A stretch of DNA of 64,000 bases, from contig NC_133621.1 in the NCBI RefSeq assembly GCF_048593235.1, positions 107,251,148 to 107,315,147 of the forward strand, given 5' to 3'. Position 1 is the first letter of the stretch. Each line of letters begins with the position of its first letter. The notes under the pieces were generated by a model. That model saw only the letters and a program-made list of their open reading frames with translations, was not told the DNA's origin and searched no databases. Source of the DNA: Sminthopsis crassicaudata (lineage: Eukaryota). The position numbers and the translations under genes were made by a program. This document shows positions 11,495 to 22,775 of the stretch, in pieces.

Positions 11495-13119
11495 CTAAAA
11501 GTGGGAAGATAGTAACGAAAAAAAAATTTACAAGAAAATGTAATACATATAAAAAATAAAGGAAAGACAAACAAATAGCAGAAAAACAACATAATATTAA
11601 CAATGCATTTACATCACATCTGCTTAGTTTAGAATATATTTCTGCTTTAAATGATTACTACTTTTACTTTTGCTCATAAAGTTATGTTTTTATTAAGCAT
11701 TTACTACCTGAAAGAGGAATACAAAATATGAACATCCAGTTAACACTGTTTTAAAATATTCTTTCCTCAAATCAAATATATGTTGTACACAGCAAAAAGT
11801 ATCGTTGATGAATATTAACTTAACAGCAATATGTGAGATAATCTGAAGCTTCAGTGCATGTTTGCCACATAAATCTCAGCATCAATATGGTAAATCAAAA
11901 TCCACGATAACAACAAAACAGTGGGTGGAAAAATTAAAGCAACTGTTGTGGCTTCCACTTAACCTCATTCCCCACCAGGAAATTGCATTTAAGAAAAAAA
12001 AGATAATTATTCAAGTTTTGTTTTTTTTAATCTTCCTTTAAAAAATTTCTAGATAAACTAAAAATCATTGAATGGATAATCTTTACTTATAACAAGTTAA
12101 GAAAACATCAATGTGAAAAAATGTAGAAAGAAAGCATAATGCATATTGAAGTAAGAAAGCATAACACCAGCTGTGGTACTTCCACATTTCCACACATCTG
12201 ATCTCGCCTGTGTAGGTACTCCATTAAAAAGAGGAGATCTTATACTCATACTTTTTCCTGAGTGATTCCTACCCATATCTTCCCATAATCAGCCAGAGCT
12301 TTTAGGACTTAATATTCCAGGAGTCCCAGTGTATCTGATGTCTGCAGAGTCTATCTAAAACTGACAGTGTTGATGAATTAAGTGAATGGACTGCCCATCT
12401 AGTTTCATGCTGGAAGAAATAAATATTCTGCATCCATATGGCATACTTTCACAGTTTGTCAGCCTTAGATTTTTCCATTCGTCATGGTTTTCAGAAAAGG
12501 CTCTACAGCATTCTGGGGAAATCTGTACTGAACAAAAAGATATCTACAAAGAGGAACATCTAGAAATATAAAACATAAAAAACATCCTTCCATTTGGTCT
12601 CTGGGCAGAACATCCTCCGTGACAAGACCTTTGGTCACTATTCATTCTCCTTTGTTTGATGGCTCCATTCATCCTGCTTATCAATGGATTGATGAAAAAA
12701 GTTATCTCTCTGGTTCATGTTATCTTGTGTGATCAGAACATGTGTATGATAGACACCTTTTAAATGTCTTTAAGACACGTTTGGTTTTGGTTTGATATAT
12801 TTTACAAGAATAAGAATAAATATAGTGGGATCAATTAAATGATTATTCTCAGTTTCAGCAAGGATATCCTAGATATGTATAGTGATAATTCTTATAAAAA
12901 TTTAATAAAGGTAAGAAAATAGACTTATGTGTTAATAGTTCTTAATCTCCTTTTAGTTGTCGTGAATTCCCCCCCTCCAATCTTTCTGTATTTTTTCTTC
13001 CTTCAGGTATTTTGAAAATCAGTCCTTCAAAACTTTTGAAACGATATCACCTCCAGCATGTTTTTCTTTTGTGTATGTGCACATGGGTGTATGCCTGTTA
13101 AGAGTATATAATAATATAA

Positions 13120-13265
13120 GGGTCGCTAAGTGTGCAGTGGGTAGAACCCCAGCCCTGAATTCAAGATGACCTGAGTTCAAATCTTTACTTAACACTTAAT
13201 ACTTCCTAGCTATATAATCCTGGACAAGTCACTTAACCCAAATGTCTCAAAAAAAAAGAAAAAAA
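13120..13265 (+). mobile_element. WSINE1-like SINE, diverged (intron 3)
   Basis: A/B boxes, CORE and A tail. Confidence 0.82.
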
Positions 13266-13379
13266 GCATGATAATAGCTGCAGTCATATATTTTACCTAA
13301 AACAAGCAGTTTTACAGAGTTTTCTAAAGAAATAGTCAAAGTAATGTACCATAATACAGTATTCTAGGACCCTATTCCT

Positions 13380-13870
13380 GATCTTTCAGGTTTTTCTTCA
13401 AACCATGCTTATCCTCCTAGCTGTCCCTTTGGCACTTCAAACCTAGCATGTTAAAAACCAGATTTATTATCCTCCCCAAAAACCCAGTTACCTTTCTGCC
13501 TTCCCCATTTCCTACTGTCAAGCCCCTAAATCTTTGCTAATGCTATTTCCTACTCCCAACACTTCCCATTCAACCCTACTTCCTTTAATCTCTGCCTATG
13601 TTAAACCTACCTCAATTAGAGCTCAAAGCCATTTCCTGCATTAAGCCTTACTTAATTTCTCTTAGACAACAGTAACGCCAGCCTTCTAATACCTTGTAAA
13701 CTCTTTTATGGTTTTATTTCACATAACTTTGTACCTTTGTTATTTATGTAGGTGTCATAATTCCCTTCTAGCTTGTGTTTTCCATAGGGACAGGGAACTG
13801 GGTCACATTTATTCTGTGGATCTATTCCATCACTCTGCCAAGTATTCTGCACATGTCAAATTCTGATAAA
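13380..13870 (+). mobile_element. L2 fragment
   Basis: L2-like 3' region (gctcaaagccatttcctgcattaagcctt...). Confidence 0.5.
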
Positions 13871-14024
13871 TAGTTGCCAAAGTTGCTGATGTGGAAAGTT
13901 TAATTCCATTTCTAATTCTATCCTTAGTCTCTCATGTAACACCAGGCAATTTATGGAACTTCTTAAGACCTCAATTTCCTCATGTGAAAAATTAAAAAAA
14001 AATCTCCTCTCTAAAGAAATCTAC

Positions 14025-14052
14025 ATACACTACACACACACACATACATACA

Positions 14053-14092
<40 letters not shown>

Positions 14093-14125
14093 CACACACA
14101 TACACGTAACCATATCACACACACA
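14025..14125. repeat. (CA)n microsatellite, interrupted
   Basis: Direct reading. Confidence 0.95.
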
Positions 14126-14438
14126 TTTTTTATGTCAAAATAATTTGGGTATCCCTTAATTTACCATTTCAAGTAGTTACCTTAAAATTAATTAGTTTTT
14201 AAAAACTATCAATAAAACATATCCTGCTCAATACCTTCTCAGATAAACATGGATAGATCATGAATTCTAGCGTCATTCTAGGTCATTTGCCATTCTAATA
14301 TGCACTGACATATGACAAATACATATTCCACATGTACATAAATTTGTCTAAGGTTTTCAAAGTGTTTTGGTTTGGGTTGTTTTTTTTTAAACCACAATCC
14401 CATGTATTCAGCAGAGCTTTGATTTAATTCCAACCTAC

Positions 14439-14611
14439 CAGCCAAAAGAAGTTCAACAGCAGCTAGTTCGCCAATGTCAAAAAGGTCACTAAGGATGAAG
14501 GCTTCTCTAATGAGCTGCTCAGGAAGAAGTCGAGTTCCTTGCTGACCCTGGATAGCAACTCCTTCTGTACTTTGCCTTCTGAACCTTCTCATGCTGCTGA
14601 ACATTTTTGGC
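14439..14611 (-). CDS. NUP205: NUP205 exon 3 (173 nt here vs 172 expected; apparent +1 frameshift near 14571-14573)
   Basis: AKNVQQHEKVQKA in one frame, then STEGVAIQGQQGTRLLPEQLIREAFILSDLFDIGELAAVELLLA in the next frame; tttag| acceptor, |gtagg donor. Confidence 0.95.
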
Positions 14612-15065
14612 CTAAAAAGTGAAAAATTATGATAAATTGAATATATGGTTAGTAAGACACTTCATATGATCCCTAAAAAATATGATATCAGTAACCTAAC
14701 CTTAACATAGGACTAGCAGAAACATTTTTTCTTAAATAAACCAAAAAGAACTTGACAGACCTAAGATAATGATTTTTAATATTACTCTAGTGCCTAAACC
14801 TAATCCTCCTCCAAACTTTCTAATTCCCAATTTGAAGTAATTACTATATTCCCAGTCTCTACCATTCATAACCTCAGCATTAACCTGAATTCTTCCCTCA
14901 TCTTCAACCCATACATCCTAATAGTTTATTTTGTCTTTTCAATCGTACCTCTGTTACATCTCTAATATCCCTTCTTTTCTATCAATTCACATGGCCACAA
15001 CTTAATTCCTCAAACCCCTATCAATTAATACTCCTTTTCTCCCAAAAAAAAAAAAAATCCCTTAC

Positions 15066-15208
15066 TGGATTCTTGAATAATGAGATGAAATCAGGTTTGT
15101 GTTTCTTTAAAATCAGGTCAAGAAGATGGACAGCTTCAGGTTGTCTTCTCCAAATAGCGTTTCCCACTGTTTGCCAGATGTCTTTGTATGGACCCCAGAG
15201 GCTAGCAG
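15066..15208 (-). CDS. NUP205: NUP205 exon 2 (143 nt; AASLWGPYKDIWQTVGNAIWRRQPEAVHLLDLILKKHKPDFISLFKNP)
   Basis: Manual translation matches the NUP205 N-terminus; ttaag| acceptor and |gtaag donor; not in the ORF track because it is short. Confidence 0.97.
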
Positions 15209-15525
15209 CTTAAAGAAAAATCACCAAATTTAAATCTACATTTGGAATGAAATCTTGTAAATCTAAAACTACTCAGTTTCCTGGTAGACAAAGAAAATTA
15301 TTTTGCGGAGGATAAATGATCCTACTTCTAAAAACATGAAGCTATCTGTGCAAATTATTATATATAAACTTAAGCATAAATTTAGAAATTCTGATGTTCT
15401 CAAAAACAAATATACATGATATTTTATCCCTACGTAGTAGGAATAGAAATGAAACCTGTGATTTCTCCATTTTTCTCTTGCAACTCTATTTCTCTGCAGC
15501 AATCAAGTCTCAAACTTGTCTAGAG

Positions 15526-15720
15526 CAGAGGAGTTCAAAACAGGATACAACATTCAAGTCAAACCAGATTAAAATGCAATTGGAAAAATATTTAACAAAA
15601 TAAAAACAAAACATAGATTATATTCTATTAAATTATGTCAGTATGCCACCCACAGGGATCTTGATGTATGGGCTAGCCTCTGCCTCCCAAACCCGACCCC
15701 ATGCACAACTGAAGCCAGTT
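15526..15720 (+). mobile_element. hAT (Charlie-like) MITE
   Basis: Starts cagaggagttcaaa after target-like gtctagag; shares aaaccagattaaaatgcaattgg...aaatatttaacaaaat with the 16.7, 37.2 and 41.7 kb copies. Confidence 0.55.
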
Positions 15721-16869
15721 ATTCCTGGCACCAAGTCACTACACCAGTCTGATTAAAATTACAGAAACAACAGTAGAAGACAACATATATAGCTTATGAA
15801 AAGTCATTTTTCTTAGAAGCTATTTGAGAATGTTACAGGTTTTTAATTTAAGTTTATGTAGATATAAGGTTAAGTGCGCTTTCTTAGATGATTTATAGAG
15901 ATAGAGATATATACATGTTATACCGAAGGGTACACATAAGATGCAATCTGCCCTATTGATTATGGTGCTTTAATCAAATATATAGTACAAAAACTGATAT
16001 GACAGAAAAAGTGGAAGAAAAGATAGAGGAAGCAACTTAATTGCCTTGAATGGCCAGATTAAAGCATTTGGATTTTTTGCTTGAAGCAATGGAAGTTATT
16101 GTAAGATCTTGGGACAAAGGAATACTTGATGTTTTTGAAAGTTTAATCTAGAAGTGCTAATACTGAATGAACTGGAGATGCCAAAGGAATAAAGGTTTGG
16201 TAAAAGGTTATTACAGTAATCTAGGTTTCATCACATGGACTAGAATTGGCTTGGAAAATAAAAAGAGACGAGACAGACACCAGAAACATTGCAAAGAAAG
16301 AATCAACAAGGCTTAGTGATTGACTGGAAATTAAAAAGGACAAGAGCCAAAAGCTTAAAGCTAAATCACGAAAAATTTGAAGGCAAAATGTCACAAAAAC
16401 AATAATACAAGAAAAGGAACAATTAAGGAACTTAAATATTTTAAGTCCTAGTCTACAAAGTTATACTCAAGGCAATAGCCAAAAATTTAAAAACCAATCA
16501 ATTTCCAAGTTTTATATGTAATAATCTGAAAAATTTCTGTTTTAGTCAACTAGAAGAAACTTAAGTACTCTGCTCCTGGTAATGTAGTATAAAGAAAGGA
16601 TACTGGTTTGGAGTCAGGAAACCTGACTAAAACCCTGACTATTATTTACTACCTGTGGAAGCTTTTGCAAATCATTTAAGAGCCAAACCCAAACCAGATT
16701 AAAATGTTATTGAGAATGAATGAATAAATAAACAACCAAATAAGCAAATAAATAAAAGTAAATGAATGAATGAATGAAATAAAAATATAGTATAAAACAG
16801 ATAAATTGTTCATTTGTGGTTTTCTAAATTAACATGCTGCCACAGAGATCCACTTTTGAGTGTGACTGT

Positions 16870-17250
16870 TCTTTGTTCTTGAAAGGAATCAGGAATGTGA
16901 TGTCATGACTTGCAAGTGAACTGGATTTAAATGAGGCAGGACTATACAAAATCCTCACTTTTTCATTCACAGTCATCTAAGTCCATGGCAATGCAAGATA
17001 TAGATCAGGAGACTATATAGATCTGGAGATAGTTCTGGTCTTTCCCAGGACTCAAGTATGTCTGAGGCAATATCCATTCAGTAATTAAACAAGGTAAGAA
17101 ATGAAGCAAAGAATGGCCTCTTAGTAAAAGAAAAAAAAAAAAAATCTTAGAGGGGAAGATCCTTAAGATTTCTGGCCAAACTGAAAAAAATTGCTATTTA
17201 CACTCACTAAGAGACATTATACCCAAACAATGACCAATTAAACTGGGACC
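16870..17250 (+). mobile_element. RTE-related SINE (WALLSI/RTESINE type)
   Basis: gatgtcatgacttgcaagtgaactggatttaaatgaggcagg motif; family name from memory. Confidence 0.55.
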
Positions 17251-17299
17251 TACTTTTAATCAATCAATAAGAGCCAGAATGATCTGGGCTAAGGACACC

Positions 17300-18150
17300 A
17301 AAGAATTGGATGATCAATAGAAGCACCTTGTATGTCTCTTTCCATAGTCCTGCCTTGTACAAAATTTTTATTGGAAGCATAGATAAAGGTAAAGAAAATA
17401 TTATTATTGAAGCATAGATGATACAAAACTGGGAGATACTTAAAATGCTAAATAATTAGATTAAAAATTAAGATTAAAAAAAGAAAAGGACCTAGAACAA
17501 TGTGTCAAAATTCAATATGAAAGGTAAACAAAATCTTACAGTTTGATTTTGTTTAAATCAGCTGCACAAATACAGGTTCAGCGAAGTCTAAATGGTTGTT
17601 CATGTAAAAAATGTCTGGGTCTTAAGTTGCCTAAAGGCTCAAAAGAATAACATTATGTACCCAGTAAAAATTTTTATGCAAATAGAATTCTTACTGTACA
17701 ATATAGATGTGGCTTGACTAAGGCATTTTCTAGGCACAAAAAGTAAAAGGGCATAAGAACAAAAATGAACTGTGCAGAAGAAAAAGTGGGTGTGGCAACT
17801 AGAATAATTAAAGGGGAACTATTTAAAAGGAAGATTAAGTAGGAAATAAACACAGTCTTCAAACACTAGAAGGGCTAAGATACAGAATAAAGTTTAGACT
17901 TATTCCTTATCATTCTTAAAAAGTCAGAACTAGAATTAATAGGGTAAAAATTATAGGTAGGCAGATTTAGAGTCAATATTAATAAAGAAACTACCAAAAA
18001 TGAAAAAGGAGCCTGTGAAAGTAGTGAGCACCTCATCACTGGATATGTTCAAGCAAACATCGGGTGACATTTTACAAGGATTTCCACATTGGGCAGGAAG
18101 GTTGGACTATCTGACCTCAAGTCCTTCAAGATCTAAAATTCTGATTCTAA
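17300..18150 (+). mobile_element. CR1/L3 LINE 3' fragment
   Basis: gatgatacaaaactggga RT-region remnant; 3' end ggttggactatctgacctcaagtccttcaagatctaaaattctgattcta. Confidence 0.65.
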
Positions 18151-18279
18151 GTTTTTGAGATACTAAAAGAATATCAAACACCATTCTGATGTCAAATATG
18201 AAAGAAAATGTCAATTAAGTCTGGTTCACTCAAGAATCACAAAACTCAGACCCTTGCCATACTGAAAAAGTGATTATCT

Positions 18280-20010
18280 GCCAGAAAACCTGAGCCAGGG
18301 GAAGAATCTACCAATACTACACGGAAACCACTCTACTTTTGGACAGGAAATTTTTCCTAAAACTCGTCTTAATTTCCTTTTGAAAATTTTACTCATAGCT
18401 AGAAACTGGAAGTTGAATGGATGTCCATCAATTGGAGAATGGTTGGGTAAATTGTGGTATATGAAGGTTATGGAATATTATTGCTCTGTAAGAAATGACC
18501 AGCAGGAGGAATACAGAGAGGCTTGGAGAGACTTAAATCAAACTGTTGCTGAGTGAAATGAGCAGAACCAGAAGATCACTATACACTTCAACAACAATAC
18601 TGTATGAGGATGTATTCTGATGGAAGTGGAAATCTTCAACATAAAGAAGATCCAACTCACTTCCAGTTGATCAATGATGGACAGAAACAACTACACCCAG
18701 AGAAGGAACACTGGGAAGCGAATGTAAATTGTTAGCACTAATATCTGTCTGCCCAGGTTACATGTACCTTCGGATTCTAATGTTTATTGTGCAACAAGAA
18801 AATGATATTCACACACATGTATTGTACCTAGACTATATTGTAACACATGTAAAATGTATGGGATTGCCTGTCATCGGGGGGAGGGAATAGAGGGAGGGGG
18901 GGTAATTTGGAAAAATGAATACATGGGATAATATTATAAAAAAATATATATATAATAAAAAAAATTTAAAAAAAATAGTGAGTTAGAGCACCTTTTCATA
19001 TAGCAATTGGAGAATGGTTGGGTAAATTGTGGTATATGAAGGTTATGGACTATTATTGCTCTGTAAGAAATGACCAGCAGGAGGAATACAGAGAGGCTTG
19101 GAGAGCCTTAAATTGGCTGTTGCTGAGTGAAATGAGAAGAACCAGAAGATCACTATACACTTCAACAACAATACTGTATGAGGATGTATTCTGATGGAAG
19201 TGGAAATCTTCAACATGGAGAAGATCCAACTCACTTCCAGTTGATCAATGATGGACAGAAATAACTATACCCAGAGAAGGAACACTGGGAAGCAAATATA
19301 AATTGTTAGCACTACTGTCTATCTACCCAGGTTACTTATACCTTCGGAAGCTAATAATTAATGTGCAACAAGAAAAAGGTATTTACACACATATATTGTA
19401 TCTAGGTTATATTGTAACACATGTAAAATGTATGGGATTACCTGCCATCGGGGGGAGGGAGTGGAGGGAGGGAGGGGATAATTTGGAAAAATGAATTAAA
19501 AAAAAAAAAAGAAAGAAAATTTTACTCATTGCTCAGCCTCCTAAAGCCAAAACAAAAGTATAGTTCCTCTCCTACTTGACAAACCATTCAAATACATGAA
19601 GGCAGCTATTATAGTCCCCCATATACTCTTTTCCAAGATAAAAAAAAAAAAAACACCAGCTCCTTCAACTTAACCTCAAATGGCATGGATTCCAAGTCCT
19701 TCACATTATGAATGGCTTCCTCTGAGTTTTCTCAAGTTTAGCTTATCAATGTCTTCCTTAAACTATGGCATCCAGAACCAAACATAATATTCCAGATTAT
19801 CCCTGGAAGAAATGGCTCTCAATTAAACCTCAGAGTAAAAGTAAAAATATAGTACCTTTTCTGACTGCCACATATTAAATTTAGTCCAATAAAACCCTCA
19901 TTTTTTTTCATAAAACCTGTTTCTAATTATGTAGTCACCATTTTATACTTGTGAAGTTGATTTCTGAGCACATATGAAACATCAAATTTATTCCTACTAA
20001 ACTTCATCTT
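18280..20010 (-). mobile_element. CR1/L3 fragment interrupted by the composite L1
   Basis: L3-like text on both sides of the 15-bp TSD (ggaaatttttcctaaaac...; tatggcatccagaaccaaacataatattccagat). Confidence 0.6.
18397..19514 (+). mobile_element. Composite L1 insertion: two 5'-truncated L1 3' ends in tandem
   Basis: ORF2 end ([20 protein letters not shown]) and 3' UTR occur twice; perfect TSD gaaaattttactcat at 18382-18396 and 19515-19529. Confidence 0.9.
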
Positions 20011-21809
20011 ATCAGATTCAGTTTATTAGGCCTGACTAGATGTAGAGAAAGCTACAATTTTTTTAATATCACTTTGTGTAATAGGGCAAATAGCTGTAAA
20101 TACAGTTGTAATACCCCCTAAGCAAAGTATAATGGTGAGAGCTGTTTGGTTAGATGTTATAACAGGGCTGAAGCGGATTAAGAGGAAGATGCCTGCTACA
20201 ACTATTGTGCTGGAGTGAAGTAGGGTTGATACAGGGATTGGGCATTCTATGGCTGAAGGGAGTCAAGGGTGAAGGCCAAATTGAGCTGATTTACCAGTTG
20301 CTGCAATGGTAAGACCTAGTAATGCTAAAGTATCAATATTTGTTATAAGGATTTGTTGAATATCTCAAAAGTTGCTATTGAACATGAGTCTTTTTCTCAG
20401 ATCCTTTTTCTCAATCCTAATTGTTCTCTTTGAATTTCTAGTTTCCTTGGATGTAAATCTCCTATATTAGGCCCCACCTGATCTCCTAGCTACTTCTTCT
20501 TTTCTTCTTTTGGTTCACTTATTTATTGTTGTGTCCATTTCTCCACCCAATAAATTTCTTTTCATTTTAGTCTTTGTATCCAAAGTGCCTAGCAAACAGC
20601 AGATACTTAATGTTTCTTTCTGACTGAGGTGGCAAAGGAAGGTGGTTACATGGATCAAAGATATCCTTGCTTTATATTCCATGGAGTGTCCAAACTCTCA
20701 ATCTTCTTCCAGGGGACTCTGCAGGAGGGCTCAGTGACTGAGTGGACAGCACTGATGCATCTAACTTTTTCAGTAGGTGGCATCTGTTCCTGAAAAGCTG
20801 TGGGTCAATGAAACTTTTTATATGAACCCTGCAGTAAACTGAAATTACTTTTGGTACTAATTTATTTTTTCTGTAAATGTGAATATTCACACATTTAGCT
20901 TACTTAGAGGCCCCTCAAGGATAGGGACAATTTTGAATCCTCAGCAACAAGCCTTAGGAAACTGAAAGACTTCATGGAGGACTGAACTATGAAAGTGTGG
21001 ATTCAAATCTTCCTTCAGATACCCACTGGCTGTGATTCTGGATGAATCCTTCCATCTCTTATGTGTATCTCTAAGTCACAGACAGTGCTTCCCCACAAGG
21101 GTCCAAAATCAAAGTCTTTAGGTATTGACACAATTTTAAAATGTGGTTTTACTATGCCCTAAATTTACTATGAATCCTGATTCTGGGTCTTTTTTATTAT
21201 CTCCTTCCTCACCTTAGTTTCCTTCCAGACTCAGCTCAAATCCCACCTTCTGCAAACCATACTCCCCAGCCTCCCTTCCTGAGAAAACTGCATATGGACC
21301 CAGATGGTTCTGGAAGGGAAAGGCAGGTGACCTCCCTCCCTCACTTAAATCCAATTCACTTATGTCATCCTCTCATGGTCCTATTGGAGAACAAACAACA
21401 AATACTTATGTCATGCATGTATGTGGTCTTCCCCATCCTTGAGGCAAGGATATTTTTAGCTTTCCTTAGGGCATACCATGCCTATACAGTGTCTAGTATA
21501 TGTATACTTATTAAACTTATTATTATTATTAAACTTATTAAAAGCTTGTGGATGTAATTTACCTATGTGAATTTCCTAAGCCCTGAGCCAGCCCGCAGGC
21601 CTCCAGCACCAGCTCTCTCCCCACTACACTCCCCCCCAACCTCAAATCGAGTATATAACTAGCTCACCCTCCTCCCGCCAACAATACCATGCATTGAGAA
21701 CTCTTCCGGAGTAGAAATTACCATCTGTTTTTATGGGACATTTTCACATTTCTTGGTACTCTGATCCCAGTCTCCAGCACCCTGAACCTTAGACAAATGG
21801 GACCAGACA

Positions 21810-22055
21810 GAGGCAGATGAGTGGCTCCGAGCATGGAGACCAGGACAGGAAGACCTCAGTTCAAATCGAGCCTCAAACACTTCCTTGCTGTGTGACCCTG
21901 AGCACGCCATTTAACCTCTGCCTCAGTTTCCCCATCTGTAGAAAATCACTTATAAGGATTATGTCCCAAGACTGTGTGACCCTAAGAAGCCAGTTAACCC
22001 TTACAGGCCTCCGTTCCCTAATCTGTAAAAGGGGAGGAGTAATAATGCTTGCTAC
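21810..22055 (+). mobile_element. Two MIR/CORE-SINE fragments beside the CpG island
   Basis: ctgtgtgaccctgagcacgccatttaacctctgcctcagtttccccatctgta; second core at about 21972. Confidence 0.7.
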
Positions 22056-22465
22056 CACCCCCGATTGTGTGAGCCAGGATAAACGCGCGGAACTACTGCC
22101 TGCCTCCGTTTCCCCAGCTGTAGGACGGAGGCAACAATACCCCCTCCCCCCGGGAGATTGAGGATGCCCGCGAGATCAGATTTGTGGGGCGCTCCGCCGT
22201 CCCCCCGGATCCTCTCTCTGCATCCCTTCCGGACCCGGCCCGGGGCATGGGCCGCCGGCCGCTCCATTCAAACCGCGCCGAGGGGCGTGTCGCGAGGCCG
22301 GCTCCAAGCCTAGGCCTGCGTAGGGGCCCAGGCCCTGCAGATGCGGGAGCTGCTCTCCCCGCGCCCCGTCCCCCGCCTCTCCGCACCCTGGGGCCCAGGG
22401 AGCCGGCACCGCGGTCAGGCTTCCCTGCAGCCGAGGATTCAATCAAGGGCGCCGCCGGCTCTTAC

Positions 22466-22493
22466 CCGAATTTACCGCCAACAACGAAGCCAT
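22466..22493 (-). CDS. NUP205: NUP205 coding exon 1 (MASLLAVNS + G, 28 nt)
   Basis: Minus strand reads ctccaagATG GCT TCG TTG TTG GCG GTA AAT TCG G|gtaag; similar to human MATPLAVNS; lies in the CpG island; canonical donor. Confidence 0.93.
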
Positions 22494-22758
22494 CTTGGAG
22501 GCCAACTACCCGGGTTCCCCGGCGCATGGAGGGCCCCCAAGAGAGCTGGGGAAGGTTATGACGGTGCCTGCACAGAATAGCTGCGGTCCCGCTCTCTACG
22601 AAACTCAGGCCGCTACGACAGAGGCGTGGACACAGCGCAGATATCCGCCCCTGGTGCTAAATACCGACTTTCGTCGTTAACGTTTCTTTTCAAATAAGGC
22701 AGGAGCCGCTCGAGTGACATATGAGGTCTTCGTACGAACTCCGCCCCTCGCAATACAT

Positions 22759-22775
22759 GCTGGGACATGTAGTTC
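22759..22775 (-). promoter_or_regulatory. ZNF143/SBS-type motif ACTACAnnTCCCA
   Basis: Minus strand reads GAACTACATGTCCCAGC, matching the established ACTACAnnTCCCA motif of CpG-island promoters. Confidence 0.7.

Noticed and set aside
20654-20672. ATATCCTT resembling a U12 (AT-AC) donor
   Set aside because: It is on the plus strand, opposite to NUP205, with no associated exon; all NUP205 introns seen are GT-AG or GC-AG.
20640-20890. Exon-like unique segment in intron 1 with acceptors at 20828 and 20789 and a 42-codon ATG ORF
   Set aside because: Only a weak donor (CAT|GTAACC) and no recognisable peptide; insufficient support.
22052-22680. Cluster of overlapping Gly/Pro/Arg-rich ORFs on both strands
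   Set aside because: Expected stop-codon depletion in a CpG island; only the 28-nt NUP205 exon 1 has homology support.
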